Part shown: piece after piece, positions 55,563 to 64,000 of the stretch
Position numbering within the stretch: position 1 is the stretch's first letter
How the letters are laid out: each line of letters begins with the position of its first letter
Translations under genes and position numbers: made by a program
The notes under the pieces: generated by a model
Told to the model about the DNA's origin: nothing
Seen by the model: the letters and a program-made list of their open reading frames with translations, nothing else
Database searches by the model: none
Assembly: GCA_964016885.1 (NCBI GenBank)
Contig: OZ024741.1
Span: 140,306,001 to 140,370,000 of the forward strand
Direction of reading: 5' to 3'
Source of the DNA: Eledone cirrhosa
Taxonomy: Eukaryota
Length of the DNA stretch: 64,000 nt

Positions 55563-58500
55563 ATGACCTCACTCAGAATAGGCAGCATAAATGCGCGTGG
55601 CTTGGGGTCGTCATGGAAGCAGGGTCACCTGCTCAACGATCTCAGGTCACTAAACATAGATGTAGTGGCCATCAGCGAGACCAGAATCTCCGAAGCACGG
55701 GCCTTCGCAGCGATCTTCGGCGGCTACGATGTGTACGCATCTCCCAGCCGTCCTGGATCGGGTGGAGGAGTTGCTGTGCTTTTTCGGAGAGGTTTGGATC
55801 TCGCCATACGGGCCATCTTCCTGGACCCAGAGGGTAAGCTGGTGGTGCTGGACGTTACCAGCGGAGACGGGCAAGCTTTCAGGCTAGTGGCCGTCTATGC
55901 CCCGACAGGAGCAGGGCGGCCTGATTTCTTCCGGCGTCTGGATTCCTTTCTTGGAACGTCCCGCTCTTTAGTGTTAGTGGGCGACTGGAACGGGATCTTA
56001 GATGCACGCTGGGACTGTGTGGGATTAGCGGATAGGGGTGGAGGGTGCAAGAGCCTCACCAACCTGCTCAGGCGTTTTGAACTGTCTGACAGGTACCGAT
56101 TGGATTTCCCGAATGTGCCAATGTGGACTTGGACAAACCGCATAGGGTCATCCAGATCATATCTAGATAGAGTATTTTGTAGGGAAATAGATAGGTCTAG
56201 CATAGGCTGTCCACAATTCAAGATAGTCAGCTACACGGACCACAAATTCGTGATCTGTGTGCTTGACTTAGATAGGCTTCATAGACGAGGACCCGGCTAC
56301 TGGAAGCTAAACGCGTCCTTACCAGCGCGCAAGGCCTACAGAGACCGGATTAGCGAACTAGTTAAGCGGGCGTTGACGGGGGCCATCGTCAACAACAAGT
56401 GGTGGTTTGCTATGAAAAGAGCGATTAGAATAGAATCGATTAGGTTTAGTAAGGCTTTAGCAATAGAGAAAAATAGAGCAGAGGGAGAACTAGTTAGAAA
56501 ATTAGACGAGGCGCTTAGCAAAGGCATTGCGACCGACGTGCTTGCGGCGAAATTGGCCCTTGACCAATTCTTCAATGCAAAGCACGAAGGCTGCGTTGTC
56601 AGAGCTAGGGTGCGTGCTCTCAGACACGAGGGGACGAAAGCCGTTCAATGGGCCCGAGTGGCGGAGGCGCGTCGTGGCAACAAAGCCACGATCCGGTCTT
56701 TGGTGGACCACGACGGGCGCATGCTACTCGATCCCGGGCAAATGTGTGAAGCTTTTCAGCGACACTTCGCTCAGCTGTTCGGGAGCAGCGGGGGGCCGGG
56801 TAGAGGGATGGACTTTAGTGTCTACCTCGACGGACTGCCGCGGCTCTCGGCCACTGAGGCGAAGTGTTGCGAAAAGCCGATAACAGCCGCTGAAGTAAGG
56901 GAGGCAATGACTGGCTGCACAAGGGGTAAATCGCCTGGTTTGGATGGTCTGCCCTATGAACTTTACGTACAGATGCCAGACTTGTTCGGAGGCCTCTTGG
57001 CGGACGTCTACTGCAACTGGCAACAGAACGGGAGAATTCCCAGTTCTGTGAGCCGAGGAGCGGTGGCACTGCTGAGAAAGGATCCGAACAAGGGGGATAA
57101 CATAGACAATTTCCGGCCCATAACTCTGCTAAACACAGAGTTTAAGATTTTGGCCAAGGTGCTAGCAAAGAGGTTGGCGCTTGTCGTTGGTGGTCTGGTG
57201 GGAGAGGCGCAGACATGCGCCATTCCCGACAGATCCATCCACGACAACCTCCACCTCATGCGATACATCGTAGAGAGGGTAGCTAGGGAACCTGGCACGG
57301 GTGGGTCCTTGATCAATTTAGATCAGTCGAAAGCTTTCGATAGGGTCGACCATCGTTACCTAGCGGCTGTCCTGAGGGCGGCTGGCTTTGGGCCCGTCTT
57401 CAGAGGCTGGATCGCTGCCATGCACAGCGACATCTGCTCTGTGGTGAGAGTGAACGGTCACCTGTCGGAACCGTTCAACATCATGCGCTCGGTCCGCCAA
57501 GGATGTCCCCTCTCGTCCCTCTTGTACGTATTGACTCTCGAGCCATTACTGCACAAACTGGAGACGTTGAGGGGGGTCCCGCGCGAACTAGGATGCGGAA
57601 GATCCGTGTCAGCATATGCGGACGATGTCACCGTAGTGGTGTCGAACGCCAAACACATCGAGGCGATCGGCACTACACTAAGAGAATACGAAGCGGTGAC
57701 AGGAGCAATGATCAACCAGGAAAAGTCAGTGGGCCTGCAGCTCGGCACCTGGAGAGGCAGGTCCATGCCGTCCAACAGCGTCGTCGGGCGCTGGACGGAC
57801 GGACCGGTTAAATTGCTAGGGGTCTGGTTTGGTCCGGACCTCCAGACGGACAAAAACTGGGACGAGGTGACGAGCAGGGTGGCTTCTCTCACCCAGAAAT
57901 GGGCGGAGAGGAAGCTATCCCTGAAAGGTCGAGCAGAGGTGGCTAACGCGTACATCGCGTCTGTCATCTGCTACCGCCTAACCGTCGTACCTTGTCCTAA
58001 GCCTCGCCTGACTGCGCTGGAGCGTTTGCTCTTTCGCTTTTTGTGGAAGGGACGTGCTCCGATGGTCAGGCGGTCCATCTGTTGTCAACACCCGCTACGT
58101 GGAGGGCTGGGCATGCCGTGGCTGATGATGCGCAGGCACGCGCTCAGGCTACGACATCTCCACCTCTTCCTCGACGGTGATCAGGTGTGGTCGCCGTTTG
58201 CTAGACGAGTTTTTCCCCAGCTCGTTTCCTTGACGGAGCTGCAGTCCTGGGTCAAGCGAAGACCGAGAGGGAGCGCCTGGAGACTGGAATGTCTTCAGGC
58301 GCTCACAGCCCTCGACCAATCGGGCAATGTGATCGGTGGAAACTCCACCTCGGCGTTCTATAGAGGATTAGTGGAGGGGAAGAGCGACGACGTACTTGGG
58401 GAAACTCTAGGCGTCGACGAAAATCAACTAGCCAATCTCTTCGGAAGAACTTTCGGACCAGGGCCTATGGACAACTTCCAGAAATCTCTGGCCTGGCAGT

Positions 58501-58982
58501 GCTACCGAGGAGCCTTGCCAGTTCGGGATAAACTCTACAGGCATGGAGGTGCCGTCAGCCGGGCATGTCCGAGATGCGCGCAGGGCGACGAAACCGCCCT
58601 GCACGCACTCGTCCAGTGTCCGAAAATTGCTGACTTGTGGGTTTATGTCGAACACCTGCTGTCGCGTTTAGGACGGATCCAGCTATCATCTGAGTCTATC
58701 GTGAGGATTGCCCCGCCCTCCTCCTTTAGCCGGGAAGGGCAGGCAGTTTTTATCTGTCTGGTGGCCATGGCGAAAGAGATAGTATGGTGGACACGTTTGA
58801 AAGGGCTGAAGACGAGCACTTACCTCTTCGGTGATGCTCTGATTGACTTTTTCAAATTTCATTTGAAAAGGAAAATCAGAGTAGAGAGGGAAGTGCTCTC
58901 TTCCCAGCATTTTGTTGAAAGATGGGTGAGAGAAGCAAGAATGGCCCGAGTGAATGGGCCGACTCTGAGTATATATCTGTAA
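55563..58982 (+). CDS. LINE ORF2: AP endonuclease + reverse transcriptase + CCHC (1139 aa, intact)
   Basis: SINARG, ISET, VYAP, GDWN, YLDR, TDH, GYWKLN; SPGLDG, FRPITLLN, DQSKAFDRVDH, RQGCPLS, YADD; CPRC..ETALH..C. Confidence 0.96.
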   Translation: MTSLRIGSINARGLGSSWKQGHLLNDLRSLNIDVVAISETRISEARAFAAIFGGYDVYASPSRPGSGGGVAVLFRRGLDLAIRAIFLDPEGKLVVLDVTSGDGQAFRLVAVYAPTGAGRPDFFRRLDSFLGTSRSLVLVGDWNGILDARWDCVGLADRGGGCKSLTNLLRRFELSDRYRLDFPNVPMWTWTNRIGSSRSYLDRVFCREIDRSSIGCPQFKIVSYTDHKFVICVLDLDRLHRRGPGYWKLNASLPARKAYRDRISELVKRALTGAIVNNKWWFAMKRAIRIESIRFSKALAIEKNRAEGELVRKLDEALSKGIATDVLAAKLALDQFFNAKHEGCVVRARVRALRHEGTKAVQWARVAEARRGNKATIRSLVDHDGRMLLDPGQMCEAFQRHFAQLFGSSGGPGRGMDFSVYLDGLPRLSATEAKCCEKPITAAEVREAMTGCTRGKSPGLDGLPYELYVQMPDLFGGLLADVYCNWQQNGRIPSSVSRGAVALLRKDPNKGDNIDNFRPITLLNTEFKILAKVLAKRLALVVGGLVGEAQTCAIPDRSIHDNLHLMRYIVERVAREPGTGGSLINLDQSKAFDRVDHRYLAAVLRAAGFGPVFRGWIAAMHSDICSVVRVNGHLSEPFNIMRSVRQGCPLSSLLYVLTLEPLLHKLETLRGVPRELGCGRSVSAYADDVTVVVSNAKHIEAIGTTLREYEAVTGAMINQEKSVGLQLGTWRGRSMPSNSVVGRWTDGPVKLLGVWFGPDLQTDKNWDEVTSRVASLTQKWAERKLSLKGRAEVANAYIASVICYRLTVVPCPKPRLTALERLLFRFLWKGRAPMVRRSICCQHPLRGGLGMPWLMMRRHALRLRHLHLFLDGDQVWSPFARRVFPQLVSLTELQSWVKRRPRGSAWRLECLQALTALDQSGNVIGGNSTSAFYRGLVEGKSDDVLGETLGVDENQLANLFGRTFGPGPMDNFQKSLAWQCYRGALPVRDKLYRHGGAVSRACPRCAQGDETALHALVQCPKIADLWVYVEHLLSRLGRIQLSSESIVRIAPPSSFSREGQAVFICLVAMAKEIVWWTRLKGLKTSTYLFGDALIDFFKFHLKRKIRVEREVLSSQHFVERWVREARMARVNGPTLSIYL

Positions 58983-59230
58983 ACTAAAGGTGGAAAACTG
59001 GGAGAGGGCACTTGCCTTGGTGGTCAGGGTCATTGTGGCTTTTTACTGGGCTTTCTCCACAAATGTCCCTCCGAAGTCTCCCCCCTATTGGGGAATTTTT
59101 CATTGTTATTTTTTGTTACATCCTCTGTTTTTGTTTTTTACACGCAGAAATGCCCATTTGTACCGTCCTGCATTGTCCTGCACTGTCCTTAATGTCTACT
59201 TTATGTAAACCCTTGTGGTTAATAAAGAAA

Positions 59231-59277
<47 letters not shown>

Positions 59278-59486
59278 GGCGACCTACGTAGGAAATCGTA
59301 TTATCGTGAGCTCCGCAAAGGTTTGTTATTTCCGTTTGTTAAAAAATTTCCATTTATGGAAAATTTTATTGTAAACTGTTTATAAGCACACACACATTGT
59401 TTTCCGAAAAGGACACCCAAAAAGATTGGGGCCTTGTGCCCAAAATTTTAACTTTTATTATTATCCAAAAATTTCTTTGAAAAAAA

Positions 59487-61509
59487 ATGGCTAATTCCCC
59501 TCTGCACGAAGCAGCTGAAAGCCTTCCTCACAAAATAATACCTCACACCGACACCACCATTGTAAATGTTACTACGTTTGCCAACACAAAAAAAAATATA
59601 AGCAGTAGCAATATTTTAAATTTGTCTCAGGCAGACATTCATTTCCCGCCATTACCAATGACTGCAGGTGTTAAACCCTCCACCACCACCACCACCGCGA
59701 CAACCACCACCACCACCACCACCGCGACAACAGAAACAAAAGAAGAAAAAAATAAAGTAACTCGTGACGTCGAAATGAAATCAAGCAAAATGGACTCTTC
59801 CCCACCAAAGACGACTGACGTCAGCACCACCACAACTGAAAATAAAATTAATATTAACGCTAGCAACAACAACAACAATGACATAAAACCGACCCTCAGT
59901 TTCGCCATCGTAGCAAAACAATTCGAAGCGTTCACGGTAACTCAAGAAGATTTAGAAAATGCCAAACAAATGGTAAAGAAAGATGGGTACAGGGTCAGCC
60001 TCACCCCCCCACCTAATAAAATGGAGCATCGGCGCCTATGCACCGTGTCGTATAGAACAATAAATGTAAAATCGCGCCGAGTGGAACGGGCATCCGAGTC
60101 CCAAATCCAAAAAGCTTTGGGACATGTGTGGGCAAGAAAAACCCACATCAGACGTGGGCAAAAGTATGGAACCGTGGATGTGTTCTTTGAAACACCAGAA
60201 GAAGCTAGAGAACACTCCATGGCCCCATTAAAAAGTGACGACTTCACACTCGTCCCAAGCTATTGTGGCCAGAGACTCGTAAAGATCAGGGTGACCCACG
60301 TTCCACCGGCCATCGAAATTCCCTGGCTAATAGCGGCTGTCATCGCCGGCATCGAGGCCAACACGAAAATAATAACAATAGCAAAAGAAAAGCAGGAAAA
60401 CTGGTCCGGATCTGGGATGGAGCTCCTGATGCAAGCGGACCAAAAAAGCATTGAGGAGATCCCAGAGGTAATAGACCTCACTGACTGCAGCCACCTCACG
60501 GTAATTGTCGAGGGCAGAAGACCTAGGTGTGTCGTTTGTGGTGAAGGAACCCACCTAAGGGCTTTCTGCCCTCAGGCTAAAAGGTTGAGGCCACCTCTCC
60601 TACCCACCCCAGTGACACAACCATCAACACCACCAGTAGCAGAGATGCCAGCAACAACTGTAGCAGCAACAACAGAAGCAACTATAACAGCAACAACCCC
60701 AGCAACAGTAGCAAAACCAACACCACTACCACCACCAGCAAAACCAACACCACCACCACCACCCAACGCTTCAGAACTAGCACCAGCGCCTACACCATCC
60801 ACCACACCACAACCAAAACTAACGGCTGTGGAGGATTTTCCACTCCCCGGCCTATCACAACTGGAGACAGATTGTGACGACGAGGAGTGGGCGACGATAT
60901 CCGGAAAAAAAAGAAACCAAAAAAGAAAAAAATTCTCTTCCTTCCCCCTCCAAAAACAAAATACAGAGGGAAACAAATAAACTAAGAAACAAAAAAGTTA
61001 GGACAGATATGCCACCATCCACACCAGCATCACCAACCCCATCAACCCAAACACCAACACCATCACCATCATTAACTCCAACACCACCATCACCTACACC
61101 ACAAAAGTCACCAAAATGCGAAACAGAAACAAACCCACAACAAACGCAAACAAAACAAAACAACCAAAACGATACACACTACACAGCATTAAATTTGAAC
61201 AACAAGCAATTATTGCACTACATCCAACACAACACCAGCATCACAGAAAAAGACTACACAACAACCCCAAAATTCACACCACCTCCACACATACAAATCA
61301 CTCGCATCACACAGAAAACGTACATGACACTAAAACAAAAATTCCCCAAAGACATCGGAGACTTCCGACAAGCACTCTCCAGGAGGATTTATAAGGACAT
61401 CCTTCCTGAGGAGGCCACAAGCAGTGAAAAGGATGGAAAAAACCGTCCTTCCCCTACGAGAAGTAAGGTAAGTGGTCTTTCCCATCTTTTCCACTCCTTT
61501 TCAACATGA
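59487..61509 (+). pseudogene. ORF1 of copy 2 (frameshift in A-rich run near 60900-60980)
   Basis: KYGTVDVFFETPEEA; CVVCGEGTHLRAFC. Confidence 0.8.
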
Positions 61510-64000
61510 CCTCACTCAGAATAGGCAGCATAAATGCGCGTGGCTTGGGGTCGTCATGGAAGCAGGGCCACCTGCTCAACGACCTCAGGTCACTAAACAT
61601 AGATGTAGTGGCCATCAGCGAGACCAGAATCTCCGAAGCACAGGCTTTCGCACCGATCTTCGGCGGCTACGATGTGTACGCATCTCCCAGCCGTCCGGGA
61701 TCGGGGGGAGGAGTTGCTGTGCTTTTTCGGAGAGGTTTGGATCTTGCCATACGGGCCATCTTCCTGGACCCAGAAGGTAAGTTGGTGGTGCTGGACGTGA
61801 CCAGCGGAGACGGGCAAGCTTTCAGGTTAGTGGCCGTCTATGCCCCGACAGGAGCAGGGCGGCCTGATTTCTTCCGGCGTCTGGAGACCTTTCTTGGAAC
61901 GTCCCGCTCTTTAGTGTTAGTGGGCGACTGGAACGGGATCTTAGATGCACGCTGGGATTGTGTGGGATTAGTGGATAGGGAAGGAGGGTGCAAGAGTCTC
62001 ACCAACCTGCTCAGACGTTTTGAACTGTCTGACAGGTACCGAATGGATTTCCCGAATGTACCAATGTGGACTTGGACAAATCGCATAGGGTCATCCAGAT
62101 CATATCTAGATAGAGTATTTTGTAGGGAAATAGATAGGTCTAGCATAGGCTGTCCACAATTCCAGATAGTAAGCTACACGGACCACAAATTCGTGATCTG
62201 TGTGCTTGAATTAGATAGGCTTCATAGACGAGGACCCGGCTACTGTAAATTAAACGCGTCCTTACCAGCGCGCAAGGCCTACAGAGACCGGATTAGCGAA
62301 CTAGTTAGCGGGCGTTGACGGTGGCCATCGTCAACAACAAGTGGTGGTTTGGTCTGAAAAGAGCAATTAGAATAGAGTCCATTAGGTTTAGTAAGACTTT
62401 AGCAATAGAGAAAAATAGAGCAGAGGGAGAATTAGTTAGAAAATTAGATGAGGCGCTTAGCAAAGGCATCGCGACCGACGTACTTGCGGCGAAATTGGCC
62501 CTTGACCAATTCTTCAATGCAAAGCACGAAGGCTGCGTTGTCAGAGCTAGGGTACGTGCTCTCAGACACGAGGGGACGAAAGCCGTTCAATGGGCCCGAG
62601 TGGCGGAGGCGCGTCGTGGCAACAAAGCCACGATCCGGTCTTTGGTGGACCACGACGGGCGCATGCTACTCGATCCCAGGCAAATGTGTGAAGCTTTTCA
62701 GCGACACTTCGCTCAACTGTTCGGGGGCAGTGGCGGGCCGGATCGAGGGATGGACTTTAGTGTCTACCTCGACGGACTGCCGCGGCTTTCGGCCACTGAG
62801 GCGGAGTGTTGCGAAAAGCCGATAACAACCGCTGAAGTACGGGATGCAATGACTAGTTGCACAAGGGGTAAATCGCCTGGTTTGGATGATCTGCCCTATG
62901 AACTTTACGTACAAATGCCAAACTTGTTCGGAGGCCTCTTGGCGGACGTCTACTGCAACTGGCAACAGAACGGGAGAATTCCCAGCTCTGTGAGCCGAGG
63001 AGCGGTGGCGCTGCTGAGAAAGGATCCGAACAAGGGGGATAACATAGATAATTTTAGGCCCATAACTCTGCTAAACACAGAGTTCAAGATTTTGACCAAG
63101 GTGCTAGCAAAGAGGTTGGCGCTTGTCGTTGGTGGTCTGGTGGGAGAGGCACAGACATGCGCCATTCCCGACAGATCCTTCCACGACAACCTCCACCTCA
63201 TGCGATACATCGTAGAGAGGGTAGCTAGGGAACCTGGCACGGGTGGGTCTTTGATCAATTTAGATCAGTCGAAAGCCTTCGATAGGGTCGACCATCGTTA
63301 CCTGGCGGCAGTCCTGAGGGCGGCTGGCTTTGGGCCCGTCTTCAGAGGCTGGATCGCTGCCATGCACAGCGACATCTGCTCTGAAGTGAGTGTGAACGGT
63401 CACCTTTCGGAACCGTTCAACATCATGCGCTCGGTCCGCCAAGGATGTCCCCTCTCGTCCCTATTGTACGTATAGACTCTCGAGCCATTACTGCACAAAC
63501 TGGAGACGTTGAGGGGGGTCCCGCGCGAACTAGGATGCGGAAGATCCGTGTCAGCATATGCCGACGATGTCACCGTAGTGGTGTCGAACGCCAAACACAT
63601 CGAGGCGATCGGCACTACACTAAGAGAATACGAAGCGGTGACAGGAGCAATGATCAACCAGGAAAAGTCAGTGGGCCTGCAGCTCGGCACCTGGAGAGGC
63701 AGGTCCATGCCGTCCAACAGCGTCGTCGGGCGCTGGACGGACGGACGGGTTAAATTGCTAGGGGTCTGGTTCGGTCCAGACCTCCCGACGGACAAAAACT
63801 GGGACGAGGTGACGAGCAGGGTGGCTTCTCTCACCCAGAAATGGGCCGAGAGGAAGCTATCCCTGAAAGGTCGAGCGGAGGTGGCGAATGCGTACATCGC
63901 ATCCGTCATCTACTACCGCCTGACCGTCGTACCTTGTCCTAAGCCCCGCCTGACTGCGCTGGAGCGTTTGCTCTTTCGCTTCTTGTGGAAGGGACGCGCT
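61506..64000 (+). pseudogene. ORF2 of copy 2, disrupted
   Basis: 1-bp deletion at ~62306 (gttagcgg versus gttaagcgg) and TAG at 63473-63475. Confidence 0.9.

Larger units (their letters stand above)
53213..59232 (+). mobile_element. Full-length Tx1-type (L1 group) LINE, copy 1, in (ATT)n
   Basis: 5'UTR, ORF1, intact ORF2 and 3'UTR ending aataaagaaatc-(ATT)15. Confidence 0.93.
59278..64000 (+). mobile_element. Tx1-type LINE, copy 2 (runs off the window)
   Basis: Starts after (ATT)15; ORF2 nearly identical to copy 1, but ORF1 and 5'UTR are divergent. Confidence 0.92.

Noticed and set aside
55613-63909. Antisense and alternate-frame ORFs within Tx1 ORF2
   Set aside because: Expected shadows of GC-rich coding sequence; their duplication only reflects the two LINE copies.

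Overview
AT-rich eukaryotic intergenic/intronic DNA, probably from an octopus (inferred from the two tRNA-derived SINE families and the repeat landscape). I found no host protein-coding gene, and most short ORFs are microsatellite or antisense artefacts. The window is mostly retroelements that sort by target. (TA)n tracts hold Penelope-like elements (PLEs: six Naiad-type remnants, five of them in (TA)n, plus one Neptune-type), a CR1-group LINE, and many short non-coding fold-back or partial-tandem elements. (ATT)n/(TAA)n sites hold three Tx1-type LINEs (one with an intact ORF2), a Dong/R4-type RLE LINE and a Nin/Deu-domain SINE. Two signals stand out. (1) About 25-30 type I hammerhead ribozyme (HHR) motifs, read by eye, occur in about 50 kb, mostly in tail-outward inverted repeats or ~400-nt retrozyme-like tandem units. 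(2) The SINE and the Tx1 LINE share a 3' end, an ATTATT target and 16-19-bp TSDs, which suggests a LINE/SINE partnership. All folds and alignments were done by eye, so boundaries are approximate.
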